64,000 nt of DNA from Squalus acanthias (lineage: Eukaryota), in the NCBI GenBank assembly GCA_030390025.1, contig CM059432.1, positions 141,238,001 to 141,302,000 on the forward strand, written 5' to 3'. Below are positions 36,515 through 49,071 of the stretch, piece after piece. The notes beneath the pieces are model-generated. The model was given only the letters and a program-made list of their open reading frames with translations. It was not told the origin of the DNA and did not search any database. Numbering within the stretch: position 1 is the first letter of the stretch; every line of letters begins with the position of its first letter. The position numbers were made by a program, and so were the translations under genes.

Positions 36515-36661
36515 CTGTTGCCTGGAGTATGCTCACGGCAGGTCCTTCCATCTCCTGCAGCTGCGAATAGACACTGATTTTGTACTTGCTGTTCGGAATG
36601 AGCTCGTAGAAACAGTGACGGGACGTCCCTCCATCAACAACCACTTCTTCCTTCTTTCCAT
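36515..36661 (-). CDS. COL14A1: COL14A1 exon, FN3 C-half: (D)[48 protein letters not shown]
   Basis: 147 nt, ttcag|AT...G|gtctgt, phase 1-1; not in the ORF track. Confidence 0.92.
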
Positions 36662-36974
36662 CTGAAAATTCCCAAAACAAATAATGGGTCGATTAGGGTG
36701 TTACCGGTCATTCCGACATAATCAAGGGTGGGGGAGGGTCATTTCAGCTTAACCCGCCCAACAAGAACCTGATGTGATGGAATCGGCCCCTCCGGTTTGA
36801 AGGATTAACCTTTATACTGACAGCAATCTCTACGGTTAGGTAAAGAGAACGGAAGAAACTCAAGTCTGATGATACATCTCACTAATGCCAGCCCATAAAG
36901 CCCACATCTGTGCGTGTTTGGTCAATATGTGAATTCTTGATCTAAAAAGTGCTGTCGCTGGCCAAAAACAGCGT

Positions 36975-37565
36975 GAATTGGAAGAGGTATTGTCCACAAT
37001 ACTCCTAGTTGGGCCTTAGCTGGAGTATTGGAGACAATTCTGGGCATCACACTTCAGGAAAGAGGTAACAGCCTTAGAAAAGGTACAGAGGAGGTGTACC
37101 AGGATGTGACCAGGGATGAGGGACTTCAGTTATATGGAGAGATTGGAAATGTTAGGACTGTTCTCCTTGGAACAGAGAAGGTGAAGAGGTGACCTAATAG
37201 AGGTTTCCAAGATGATGAGAGGTTTCGATAGAGAAAAATTGTTCCCTCTGGTGAGTGGGTCAATAACCAAAGGTCATAGATTTCAAATCATTGTAAAATG
37301 ATCTAGACGGGAGATGAGGAGAATTTTTTTCACTCAGAGCGTTGTCGGGATCTGGAACGCTCGACCTGTAGATGGTGGTGGAAGCTGATTCCATCAGTAA
37401 TATTAAAAGGGAGTTGGACGGGTACTTGAGGAGGAGGAACTTACAGGGTTACGGACAAAAAGTGGGGGTGTGGGTCTGAGCACGACTGCTCTTTCAAAGA
37501 GCCAGCACAGGCACGACGGGCCGTATGGCCTCCTTCTGTGCTGCAACTTTCTAAGATTGTATGAT
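36975..37565 (+). mobile_element. Degraded CR1 3' fragment
   Basis: LEY..QFWASHFRKEV.ALEKVQRR-like remnants and CR1 3' UTR. Confidence 0.75.
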
Positions 37566-37855
37566 ACGTGCCTGGGACGAAACAAGACTCACAGGCAGAT
37601 GTAATTCAATCTTCACCACATCCCAATTTGTTCCTTTCTTATATCCATATTTCTTACATTTTCCCAGAACACTTTTGGGCAACAGTCAAATTAAATCTCA
37701 GCTCCTTCAATGTGTGTCGTTTTATGTATTATTTGATGGAAGTAGTTTCAGGATAATGTGGATTCATGGAAGTATAACTTGTACGTAGACATGGTTAAAT
37801 AATAAAGGCAGACATAAACAAACGGTAGGAGAAATACTGAAATATTTCAGATAGG

Positions 37856-38455
37856 GACATAGGAGCAGGAGGAGGCCACTCACCTCCTCAAGCCTGTTTC
37901 TCCAGTCAATGAGACCATGGCTGATCTGTATTTTAGCTCCATTTACCTGCCTTGGTTCCATAACCCTTAATACCCTTTGCCTAACAAAAATCTATCAATC
38001 TCAGTTTTGACATTGTCAATTGACCCCCCAGCCTCAACAGCTTTTTGGGAGAGAGAGAGTTCCAGATTTCCACTACCCTTTGTGTGAGGAACTGCTTCCT
38101 GACATCACCCCTGAACGGCCTGGCTCTAATTTTAAGGCTACGTCCCCTTGTTCCGGACTCCCCCCACCAGAGGAAATAGTTTCTCTCTCTCTACCCTATC
38201 GACTCCTTTAATTGTCTTAAACACCTCAATTAGATCATCCCTTTATCTTTTATATTCAAGGGAATACAAATCTAGACGAGGCAACTTGTCCTCATAATTT
38301 AACCCTTTTATTCCCGGTATCATTCTGGTGAATCTGCGCTGCACCCCCTCCAAGGCCAGTATAATCCTTCCTGAGGTGCGGGGCCCAGAACTGAACACAG
38401 TTACTCTAAATGGGGTCTAACCAGAGCTTTATGCAACTGCAACATAACTTTCACC
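37856..38455 (-). mobile_element. CR1 3' fragment (same subfamily as 31105-31670)
   Basis: Direct similarity to the 31.1-31.7 kb copy. Confidence 0.78.
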
Positions 38456-40120
38456 CAATAATATCCAATGAGCAGCAGCTCTCCCCTCAAAGCCCTCTTG
38501 CCAATTCGATTCAATTGGGAAATCTCTTCTTGCAAGCAAGTCTGATTTGAGTGTCTTTTGATTCTATGAAATGTGTTATTTGAAACTTGATCTTTGAGTC
38601 ATTCCAGCTGCCGGCAAATCAAAACACAGCTACTATAGATTGCTTTGTTGGGAGAAACCCTTTTTGGAACAATGCCAAGCCATTTTTTTTTCCTAAATCC
38701 AAAGAACTTAAAAGAAAACCGTTGACTTTTCTTTGGCAAGAAAGGGGAACAAAGTGGAAACCAGGTTTTTTTTTTTTGATTGTATCGAAGGATTATATAG
38801 AACATATGCAAACCATAAAGGGAACCAGACTGAGGTCTAACAAGTCTGCGGTAGGTAGGTTAAATTGCGTTCAACCGCAAGGCGCAATTACTTCTGGACA
38901 CTGTGCTTTTGTACTCGAGCTGCCTCTTGGTCTCTGATCCCTTCACTGTAGAAAGTCAACAGGAGCTCGCGTCATGCAATGCTGCCCGTTAGTTATATTT
39001 GAAAAGCCCATATAGCCAAAGGTAGCTAAACCTGTGTCCCAGCAAAAAACTGCATGCACGAATACTGGCTAGAATGGGAGTGTTATATAGGCAAGGGCAG
39101 AATAAAGGTTTCTGGTGGTGGTTATTAATATGCTGGTTTATACTTTCACCTCCTTGACTTTAGCATTAAGAATCGGGCAAACTTAAGTGCTGAGCAGTTT
39201 AAAACCGTCGCTTATCAGCCCACTACAGATCGCTACTTTGGACAAACTTAGTTTTTCCCCATGTCAACTAATTAAGGCCCAAACTTAAACATATGGAAGT
39301 TCTGCTGTTGTAAAAAGGTGCAAAAGACCCTGAATTGCACCCATTCATAGTCAGCGAGCAGAAATTCCATCCCCACTTTCACAATATGCAGCATCAGCTT
39401 TTCTGGACATCTGGGAAGTGTTCAGTCCAAATTCCACCCGCAGCAATGACTTACCTTGAACCACATAATAAAATACAAATAGCTGAATCTATGGGGGCCA
39501 CCCTTGGAGAACTGGCTCCTCCATGTGTTCATTTTCTTCTACACGTAATATAATTCTTTTATACATGCAAAACACCCAGTCGAATATAGCTAAGCCGGAA
39601 GTTACTGCTGGCAAAAATGGCAGATGAATGCTTAACATGACCCCGGCCTGAGATTCTGCCATGTTTATCGAACTCTAGCTTCCGTTTGCATTCCAATCGC
39701 AAGGGAATTGGATATATACTTGAAAAAGAAACATTTGGAGGGACTAATTGGATAGCTCTTTCAAAGAGCCAGCACAGGCACGATGGGCCGAATGACCTCT
39801 TCTGATTCTATGATAAATGTAATTCTTTCTCCAAATCCTTTCTGTGGAAAAATGGCCAAAGAATCCCCAAAATGAAGACAATTCATTAATTAGAATCCTT
39901 GCCCACACTCTTGACCACGCCACCTTTTGAGGTCTCTCTATACTCCTGGTCTCAATCACCAACAAGGTTATGTCCGACCACTTACTCATCTTCCCTTACC
40001 ATCCATATCCCCCTACTTTCACCGTGGAAAAAACTTTCCCCTAAGTTTGTAGTGTGTGTACAGTAGATATATTGTGCCCTCTGGAAATCTGGTCCATGCA
40101 GCTTTGCCTCTTGTTCTTAC

Positions 40121-40237
40121 CTCGGAGCGATTCGATGACTACTCTGTAGGTGGTGGCATGTCGATGCGGCTGCCAATGTGCACACATGCTCGTCATTCGA
40201 ACTTGGTATGGAGTAAGATTTGTCACACCGAGGTACA
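40121..40237 (-). CDS. COL14A1: COL14A1 exon, FN3 N-half: (L)[38 protein letters not shown]
   Basis: 117 nt, ctgcag|TG...G|gtaaga, phase 1-1. Confidence 0.94.
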
Positions 40238-40309
40238 CTGCAGGAGAGAACAAGGACAATGTTAAGCGTTAACATGCTGAATCTGACAGCTGACTTCACA
40301 GAAAGAAGC

Positions 40310-40675
40310 AAGACTTGTATTTCTATCGCGCCTTTCACGACCTCAGGACGTCCCAAAGCGCTTTACAGCCAATGAGATATTTTATGAAGTGTAGTCATTT
40401 GTTGTAAAGTAGGAAAATATGGCAGCAATCATGTTGTTTGAGGGCTAAATATTGCCCAGGACATACAATCTTTACATCCACCTGAGAGGGCAGATGGGGC
40501 CTTGGGTTAACATCTCATCTGAAAGACAGTACCTCCGACAGTGCAGCACTCCCTCAGTACTGGCACTGGGAGTGTCAGCCTGGATTTTGCACTCAAGTCT
40601 CTGGAGTGGGGACTTGAACCCACAACCTTCTGACTCAGTAAGCGAGAGGGCTACCCACTGAGCCACGCCCGACAC
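40310..40675 (-). mobile_element. Deu-domain SINE with internal deletions
   Basis: Recurring SINE unit. Confidence 0.75.
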
Positions 40676-41379
40676 CTACCAGAGACCATCAGAAAGTTCA
40701 GATGAAGAAGTAGCTGCACTGTGGAACAGGTAAGAACTATAGCAGTATGTCAACATTTATGTTCTGCACTTGTAAATAGAGCTAGTGGCAGCTCCACTGA
40801 TCCAGTTCCCAGTACAGCTGCAATGCAAAGTACATATCAGTATGACGGGAATTCAAAAGCAGTTGCGTACGTTTGGTGCTTTTATTAATAGATCTTTACT
40901 GACAGTTACAAAATGGAATCAGAAATATTGAACTTTAAGCGGCCACATTTTCCACAACAGCCAAAAGGGCGTGGAAGCAGATTCAATAGTAACTTTCAAA
41001 AGGAGAATTGGATAAATATGTGAAAAGGATAAATTTGCAGGGCTATGGGGAAAGAGCAAGGGGGGAGCAGGACTAATTGGAGCGCTCTTTCAAAGAGCCG
41101 GCACAGGCACGATGGGCCGAATGGCCTCCTTCTGTGTTGCATCATTCTATGATTCTGAATTCAAAGTTTTCTATTAATGTCAGCAGTTTGCGCGTATTTC
41201 TCAAACTGCCATTTCAGAAGGAAAAAACAAAATCTCATCTTTCCTTCAGCTGGTTCGTTAATTCAGGAACTATAAATAAATGGTTTGATGCAGCATGTAC
41301 CAAGAGTAAGGGTCAATGTTGGGAACGAGTCCACAGGGACCAAGAAGGGAATTCATCATGTCATTGACAAAATCCTTAA

Positions 41380-41785
41380 ATGAGAGGGGGATCTCATTGA
41401 AACGTATAAAATTCTGACAGGGCTAGACAGACTGGATGCAGGGAGGATGTTTCCCCTGGCTGGGGGGGTCTAGAACGAGGGGTCACAGTCTCAGGATACG
41501 GGGTAGGACATTTAGGACTGAGATGAGGAGAAATGTCTTCACTCAGAGGGTGGTGAACCTGTGGCATTCTCTACCACAGAAGGCTGTGGAGGCCAAGTCA
41601 CTGAATATATTTAAGAAGGAGATAGATAGATTTCTAGACACAAAAGGCATCAAGGGGTATGGGGAGAGAGCAGGAATATGGTGTTGAGATAGAGGATCAG
41701 CCATGATCATATTGAATGGCGGAGCAGGCTCGAAGAGCCGAATGGCCTCCTCCTGCTCATATTTTTCTATGTTTCTATGTTTCTA
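41380..41785 (+). mobile_element. CR1 3' fragment
   Basis: SRTRGHSLRIRGRTFRTEMRRN; (ttctatgt)n tail. Confidence 0.82.
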
Positions 41786-41871
41786 AATCAGCGCAGTGGG
41801 ATTGTTCCAGATTAGATTTATGAAAAGCAACACATTTTAGGATACTGACGCCAGAAGAAAATAGGCCTTAC

Positions 41872-42021
41872 GCGTTTTGGCTCTTCCGACAAGAGCGTCA
41901 CTGGAACCAGTGGAATACGTTGCAAACAGTTTGACGATATATTCAGTGCCACTGAGCAGGTTAAGGATTACCATTGTGTTCACATCATCTCCTACAAACG
42001 TATCCAGAGCTGGACCAGGCG
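41872..42021 (-). CDS. COL14A1: COL14A1 exon, FN3 C-half: (A)[49 protein letters not shown]
   Basis: 150 nt, ttcag|CG...C|gtaagg, phase 1-1. Confidence 0.94.
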
Positions 42022-42376
42022 CTGAAATTACCAACAAAAACACAAAGGATGAATCACACAACAACAACAACAAGTTGTATTTATATAGCGCCTTTAACAT
42101 AGTAAAACGTCCCAAGCCGATTCGCAGGAGCCATTATCAAACAAAATTTGACACCCAGCCACATAAAGAGATGTTAGGACAGATGGCCAAAAGCTTTGGT
42201 CAAAGAGGTAGGTTTTAAGGAGCGTCTTAAAGAGAGGCGGAGAGGTTTAGGGAGGGAATTCCAGAGCTTAGCGCCTTGACAGCTGAAGGCACGGCCGGCA
42301 ATGGTGGGGCGGTGGAAATTGGGAATGCTCAAGAGGCCAGAATTAGAGGAGCGCAGAGATCTCGGAAGGTTGTGGG

Positions 42377-42672
42377 GCAACACGGTGGCATAGTGGTTAG
42401 CACTGTTGCCTCACAGCGCCAGAATCCGGCCTCGGGTGACTGTCTGTGTGGAGTTTGCACATTCTCCCCGTGTCTGTGTGGGTTTCCTCCGGGTGCTCCG
42501 GTTTCCTCCCACAGTCCAAAGATGTGCGGGTTAGGTTGATTTGGCTATGATAAATTGACCCTTAGTGTTAGGGGGGATTAAATACGTGGGGTTACGGGGA
42601 TAGGGTGGGATATGTGTCAGTGCAGGCTCGATGGGCCGAAATGGCCTCTATCTGCACTGTGGGGATTCTGTG
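42377..42672 (+). mobile_element. HE1-type V-SINE (elasmobranch), nested with a hAT MITE (about 42673-42836) inside an L2 fragment (42058-42970)
   Basis: V-domain gtgtggagtttgcacattctccccgtgtctg...gggtttcctccgggtgctccggtttcctccca; CR1-like tail; gttgtggg/gttgtgga flank the whole insert. Confidence 0.82.
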
Positions 42673-43124
42673 AATGTTTCCTCTCGTGGTTTTTTTTGGC
42701 CTGCGCGGCCCCGGTAACGGGCTGCGCCGGCCATTCAAAATTCTGCGCACGCGTGGTTTTTCTTCTCAAAAGCCGGCTCACTGGCTGCACAGAACCTCTG
42801 GAGTGCTGCACAGGGAACAGCTCAAAGGGAACAGTGGTTGTGGAACTGGAGGAGGTTACAGAGATAGGGAGGGGGCGAGAGGCCACGGAGGGATTTGAAC
42901 ACAAGGATGAGAATTTTAAAATCGAGGTGTTGCTGGACCAGGAGCCAATGCAGGTCAGCGAGCACAGGTTAATATTCCTCCGCGGTAGTTTGTTGATCCT
43001 CTTTCCTATTTGCAGAACTTCAGTTCCGAATCTGATCTAAACATATCAGAGCAGCTAACATCATCTTTTTTAATATCAGTAACCATTATTCTCTTGTTAA
43101 CCATTATTTCCTTCTCATCTTTCA

Positions 43125-43250
43125 CCAGTTCTGCTGAAGGGTCATCGACCTAGAACGGTAACTCTCTCCACAGATGCTGCCTGACCTGCTGAATATTTCC
43201 AGCATTTTCTGTTTTTATTTCAGATTTCCAGCATCCGCAGGATTTTGCTT
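43125..43250 (+). mobile_element. Short PLE 3'-repeat unit with decayed hammerhead motif
   Basis: cagttctgctgaagggtcatcgacctagaacggtaactct followed by the shared PLE end. Confidence 0.7.
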
Positions 43251-43856
43251 TCAGTCCCTTCTTAATATTCGTCATTAAAGATGGGACAGAGTGGCTGGAA
43301 CACACCAAGAACAGAAAAGGAAACAAGGAGATTGCGGATGGTGATGTTTTAAACAGGGTCAGCAGAAAACATGAATCAAAATTGGGCAACCTAACATTCC
43401 TGGGCGGGAATCCCACGGGATCGGGGCGGGGGGGGGGGAAACGCCTTCAACGGAGAGTAAAATCGGGCTGGGTGTGAAATCAGCGTCGCTCCCGATCCCA
43501 CCAGTTTCCCTGATGGGCAGGTTGGGTTAAAATTGGCTCCAAGTAGGCTTTTGTAAAATAATAAAGACAAAAACGGGAACGGTCTTTTATTTTGCAAGAT
43601 CTACAGTTTTGATAAACCAGCAACAGTTTCGATTTACTCTTGGCCGCAGACAGTTCGAATATTTATTGACGCACATCAGGCAGATTGTCAGCAGGTCAGA
43701 ATGGCAAGCAGTGGGGTGACATGGAACATCGGCAGTAGTTATAGTAATAGTGATAAATATATCCAATCTAACTGCTTTTTAACAAAATAAACTGGGGGTG
43801 GCAGTGAAAGATCGATGCGTTGTATGTTACTAAACCTAGAGTAAAATACGTTTGAC

Positions 43857-44612
43857 ATAAGAACATAAGAAATAGGAGCAGGAGGAGGCCATTCAGCCCC
43901 TCGAGCCTGCTCCGCCATTCAATAAGATCATGGCTGATCATCGACCTCAATTCCACTTTCCTGCCCTATCCCTAAATCCCTTGATTCCTCTGGCGTCCAA
44001 AAATCTATCGATCTCAGTCTTGAATATACTCATCCTGAATATACTCTTAAGAGCATCCACAGCCCTCTGGGGTAGAGAATTCCAAAGATTCACAGCCCTC
44101 TGAGTGAAGAAATTTCTCCTCATCTCAGTCCTAAATGGCCGACCCCTTATCCTGAGACGATGACCCACTAGTTCTAGTTACGCAGGCAGCGCAAGGAGCG
44201 CACGTCAACCCAAGCAGCCCACCCACCCGCCCCTTCAACCACCGTCTGCCCCACCTGTGACAGAGACTGCATTGGACTCATCAGTCACCCGAGAACTCAT
44301 TTTTAATGTGGAAGCAAGTCATCCTCGGTTCCGAGGGACTGCCTAAGAAGAAGAAGAGTTCTAGACTCTCCAGCCAGGGGAAACAGCCCCTCAGCATCTA
44401 CCCTGTCAAGCCTCTAAGAACTTTATACGTTTCAATGAGATCTTCTAAACTCCAGAGAGGATAGGCCCGTTCTACTCAATCTCCCCTCACAGGACAGCCC
44501 TCTCTTCCCAGGAATCAATCTAATGAACCTTTGTTGCCCCCCCCCCCCCTCTCCCCAAGGAAGGATATAAGGCAAATATATCCTTCCTTAAGTAAGGAAA
44601 CCAAAACTGTTA
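43857..44612 (-). mobile_element. CR1 3' fragment with a nested plus-strand RTE 3' end (44178-44356)
   Basis: RTE piece matches 30030-30200, has an (aag)n tail and TSD agttctag (44170-44177, 44357-44364). Confidence 0.85.
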
Positions 44613-44747
44613 CACAGTGAACAGAAATTTGGTGACTAAAAACTGAGTGGAAATCCTGCTGGGATATAACCATGTATGCTTAAGAGTTTTTGTAATAGAA
44701 AGAAATATTTGTACGAGCATCACTGAACAATAATGAAAATGAACTAC

Positions 44748-44870
44748 CAGAGGCAGACATGTACACCACTCTGTAGCCCATTGTTGCTGATGGTGGAGGG
44801 TCCCATTTAATTCGGAAGCGATTGTACCACTCCTCCGAGACACGCAGGTTCATTGGTCCAGAGAGCGGCA
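44748..44870 (-). CDS. COL14A1: COL14A1 exon, FN3 N-half: (L)[40 protein letters not shown]
   Basis: 123 nt, tgtag|TG...G|gtagtt, phase 1-1; [11 protein letters not shown] is characteristic of collagen XIV. Confidence 0.94.
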
Positions 44871-45107
44871 CTACAATGAAGAGTAATCGTCGTAAATAAT
44901 TCAACATTTATTTTTAAACGTGCCCTCAAGTTAATAAACTGCTTTAACTCCATTAGGTATTGTCAGCTCGTGACTCAGTGGGCAGCACTCTCTCGCCTCT
45001 GAGCCAGGAGGTTGTGCGTCCTAAGCCCCACTCCAGAGACTTGAGCGCAAAATCTAGGCCGGCACTCCCGCTGCAGTACTGAGGCAGCGCTGCAATGCTG
45101 GAGATAG

Positions 45108-45688
45108 AAGAATCATAGAATGGTTACAGCACAGTAAGGAGGCCATTCGACCTGTCGAGCCCATGCCAGCTCTCTGCAAGAGCACTTCAGCTAGTCCCAC
45201 TCCCCCAGCCTTCCCCCATAGCTCTGCAATTTTTTTTCCTTCAGGTACTCATCCAATTCCCTTTTGAAAGCCACGATTGAATCTGCCTCCACCGCCCTTT
45301 CAGGCAGTGACTTCCAGATCCTAACCACTCGCTGCGTGACAACGTTTTTCCTCATGTTGCCTTTGGATCTTCTGCCAATCACCTTAAATCTGTGTCCTCT
45401 GGTACTCGACCCTTCTGTCAGTGGGAACAGTTTCTCTCTATCTACTCTGTCTAGACCCCTCATGATTTTGAACACCTCTATCAAATCTGCTCTCAACCTT
45501 CTCTGCTCTAAGGAGAACAACCCCAGCCTGTCCAGTCTATCCACGTAACTGTAATTCCTCATCCCTGGAACCATTCTTGTAAATCTTTTCTGCACCCTCT
45601 CCAAGGCCTTCACATCCTTCCTAAAGTGCGGTGCCCAGAATTGGACACAATACTCCAGTTGTGGCCGAACCAGGGTTTTATAAACACT
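45108..45688 (-). mobile_element. CR1 3' fragment inserted in a Deu SINE (44962-45800)
   Basis: YKTLVRPQLEYCVQFWAPHFRKD... Confidence 0.85.
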
Positions 45689-45799
45689 GAGATGCCGTCT
45701 TTCGGATGAGACGTTAAACTGAGGCCCCATCTCCCCTCTCAGGTGGACATAAAGACCCCACAGCACTATTTCAAAGTAGAGCAGAGGAGTTATTCCCTG

Positions 45800-46000
45800 G
45801 TTTGTTTCTTTCTTTCTTTTCTCTCTCTCTTTTGTTCTTTACATCATCGAATTACATCGCGTCTACTTTCTCTCTCTCTTTCTTTCTTACTTTCTCTCTT
45901 TTTTCTCTCTCTCGTGTTCTATCTCTCTATTTCTTTTTTCTCTCTGTTCTTTCTCTCCCTCTTTCTTTTCTTGTTTCCTTTGTTTCCTTCTTTCCTTCTC
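45800..46000 (+). repeat. Pyrimidine-rich (CT/T) low-complexity tract
   Basis: Nearly all C/T on the plus strand. Confidence 0.85.
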
Positions 46001-46192
46001 CAAATGGAACGTGGAGCCCCAGGTATGATAAGGTGAGGGAAAGCCAGGTTAGAAGTGAACTCAGGCCAGAGTGGGGCAAGATTTCCTCTGAATGGTAAAC
46101 CCATTAAAAATGAATTGCCTTTTTTGTTGCACCGTGAGTGTCACTGTTCTAACATATCATGTAAAATGAGCACAAGTAGATACTTTACTTAC

Positions 46193-46322
46193 ACGTCTTG
46201 CCTGTAACAGCGAGAGTGTTGCCTTCTCCATCAGCATAGATAGGTGTCACAGAAATCCTATACGCAGTGTCTGAGAGTAGCGGCTGGAGCAGGAGGTCAT
46301 TCTGCCTTCCAGGAACCATCAC
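46193..46322 (-). CDS. COL14A1: COL14A1 exon, FN3 C-half: [43 protein letters not shown]
   Basis: 130 nt, ctcag|GTG...T|gtaagt, phase 0-1. Confidence 0.94.
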
Positions 46323-46384
46323 CTGAGTAAAATGGGCGGTCAGCAAATTCTGTTGGCGCACTGCACACCACACCACAACATACA

Positions 46385-48030
46385 GCAACAACAACTTACA
46401 TTTATATAGCGCCTTTAATGTAATAAATGTCCCAAGGCACTTCACGGGAGCATAAGTCGGACAAACAAATTGACGCAAAGAACAAGAAGGAGATCTTAGG
46501 ACAGGTGGCCAAAAGCTTGGTTAAAGAGGTAGGTTTTAACAAGGTTCTTAAAGGAGAGCGGTCGAGAGGTTTGGGGAGGGAATTCCAGAGCTTAGGGCCC
46601 AGGCAGCTGAAGGCACGGCCGCCAATGGTGGGGCGAAGGACATGGGGGTTGCACAAGAGGCCAGGGTTGGAGGAGTGCAGAGTTCTCGGAAGATTGTAAG
46701 GCTGGAGGAGGTTACAGAGATAGGGAGGGCCGAGGCCATGGAAGGATTTGAAAACAAGGATGAGAATTTTAAAATTGAGGTGTTGCTGGACCAGGAGCCA
46801 ATGTAGGTCAGCGAGCACAGGGGTGATGGGCAAACAGGACTTGGTGCGAGTTAGGACACAGGCAGCCGAGTTTTGGATGAGCTCAAGTTTATAGAGGGTG
46901 GAAGATGGGAGGCTGGCCAGGAGTTGGTTGGAATAATCGAGTCTGGAGGTAACAAAGACTTGGTTGGGGGTTTGAACAGCAGATGAGCTGAGGCAGGGGC
47001 AGAGGATATAGGCTCAGAAGCTCAGCTCAAGGTCATATAGGATGCCAAGGTTGTGAACAGTCTGGTTCAGCCTGAGACTGTAGCCAGGGAGAGGGATGGA
47101 ATCGGTGGCGAATGAACGGAGGTTGTGATGGGGACCGAAGACAATGGCTTTAAAATCCCAAAGTTTAATTGGAGGAAATTCCGACTCATCCAGGACTGGA
47201 TGTCGGACAAGCGGTCTGACATCACATGCAGTGGAGGGGCTGAGAGAGGTGGTGGTGAGGTAGAGCTGGGTGCTGTCAGCGTACATGTGGAACCTGACAT
47301 CGAGTTTTTGCATGATGTCGCCAAAGGGGCAGCATGTAGATGAGAAATAGGTGGGGGCCAAGTCATAGAGTCATAACTGACACAGAAGGAGGCCATTCGG
47401 CCCATCGAGTCCGTCCCGGCTCTCTGTAGAGCAATCCAGTCAGTCCCATTCCCCCGCTCTATCCCCGTAGCCCTGCAAGTTTATTTCCCTCAAGTGCCTA
47501 TCCCGTCTCCCCTTGAAAACATTGAGTGTCTCTGCTTCCACCACTTCCGTCGGCAGCGAGTTCCAGGTCCTCACCACTCGCTGTGTAAAAAAGTTTTTCC
47601 TCACATCTCCCCTGTATCTCTTACCCAAAACCTTAAATCTGTGCCCCCTAGTCCTTGTACCATCAACTAGTGAGAACAGCCTTTCCCCGTCTAGCCTATC
47701 CAAACCCGTCATAACCTTATACACCTCTATCAAATCACCCCTCAACCTCCTTTGCTCTAATGAAAACAAATCCAGCTTCTCCAACCTGTCCTTGTAGCTA
47801 AGATCCCCCATCCCCGGAACCATTCTGGTAAATCTCCTCTGCACCCTCTCAAGGGCCTTCACATCCTTCCTAAAGTGTGGTGACCAGAACTGGACGCAAT
47901 ACTCCAGTTGTGGCCTAACCAGCGTATAAATCCTTGGGGACTCCAGAGGTAACGATGCGGGAGCAGGGAGAGAATCCATTGCAGGAGGTACTCTGGTTAC
48001 AACTAGATAGATAAGAATGGACCGAGGTGT
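46385..48030 (-). mobile_element. Longer L2 fragment reaching the RT core, interrupted by CR1 (about 47362-47930)
   Basis: FHMYADSTQLYL (decayed YADD) and LHWLLVQQHLNFKIL. Confidence 0.82.
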
Positions 48031-48227
48031 GGTTTTAAAATTGAGCAGGTTTTAATTCAGCATTGCACATGCATTATTGTGTTAATTTAGTAATTGTCTG
48101 CAAGCTCATTTGATTAGTATAGCCAGAGATTAAAGCCGCAGCATTAGTGATACTTGGGGCCAAATATTGGGTTGATATCCGACATGAAAGAAGATTTATG
48201 TTAGAAAAAACACTCACATTTATTACG

Positions 48228-48360
48228 ATAGCAAAATATTGCGGATGCTGGAAAATTGAAATAAACAACAGAAAACGCTGGAAAAACTCAGCAGGCCAGG
48301 CAACATCCGTGGAGAGAGAAACAGAGTTAACGTTTCAGGTCGAAACCCTTCGTCAGGACT
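48228..48360 (-). mobile_element. Short PLE 3'-repeat unit that begins at a hammerhead motif
   Basis: Nearly identical to the reverse complement of 6222-6355. Confidence 0.8.
48322..48360 (-). ncRNA. Putative minimal hammerhead ribozyme (sense to COL14A1 pre-mRNA)
   Basis: AGUC-CUGACGA-A-GGGUUUCGACCU-GAAA-CGUU-AACU: CUGANGA and GAAA boxes around a hairpin. Confidence 0.6.
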
Positions 48361-48928
48361 TTTAGCCTGCTTTGCACACAACTTAATTTTTTAGTAATTT
48401 TCTAAAGTATTAGTAGCTAAAGGCAATGCCAAAAATCAACTATTTTCTAATCTCATAAACCAAATTTATTTTACACTGGAGTAAAATTTCCATTAACAAC
48501 TCAATCAGTCGTTTCCACTAGTGAATCTGAAAAATAAACAATGGTGTTCTCATGTTATTTCACCTTCACAAATTGTCTTCAAACGAAAATGTTCAATGAA
48601 AATATACACCCAAATTTCAGCCTTTCCTGCGAGTTATAACCTCTCAGTTCTGGTCTCATCTTTGTAAATCATTGGATGGGTTTTTGCCAGTTCTCAGGCA
48701 AGTGGAGGATGTGGAGATAGTGAACAAGGAACTGTTGTCTCGGTAAATCAACTAACACTTGGACTTGTGCCAGGCAATACTGTATACAGGATGTTAACTT
48801 TGAGAGTCAAAATGCTGTTCCCCAATTTTCTCTCGTAATTTACCTTTCACTCAGCCTGGTATTCGTAAGGACACTCCCACAGTTCATTCCTAATAAAATA
48901 TGTGAAAACTTATACAGACCATGCTTAC

Positions 48929-49071
48929 CGCTTCTTCCGCACGGTCTCCTTTGAGAGATACGTAGGCCACTCTGTACTGCGTGACGAAGGAATCAGCAGG
49001 GTCCCACGCCACTTGTAGGCTATATGTGGTTTCATCATCCACAACCAGGTTTCTTATTCCAGATCGAATAA
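48929..49071 (-). CDS. COL14A1: COL14A1 exon, FN3 N-half: (V)[47 protein letters not shown]
   Basis: 143 nt, gtag|TT...GCG|gtaagc, phase 1-0. Confidence 0.93.
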
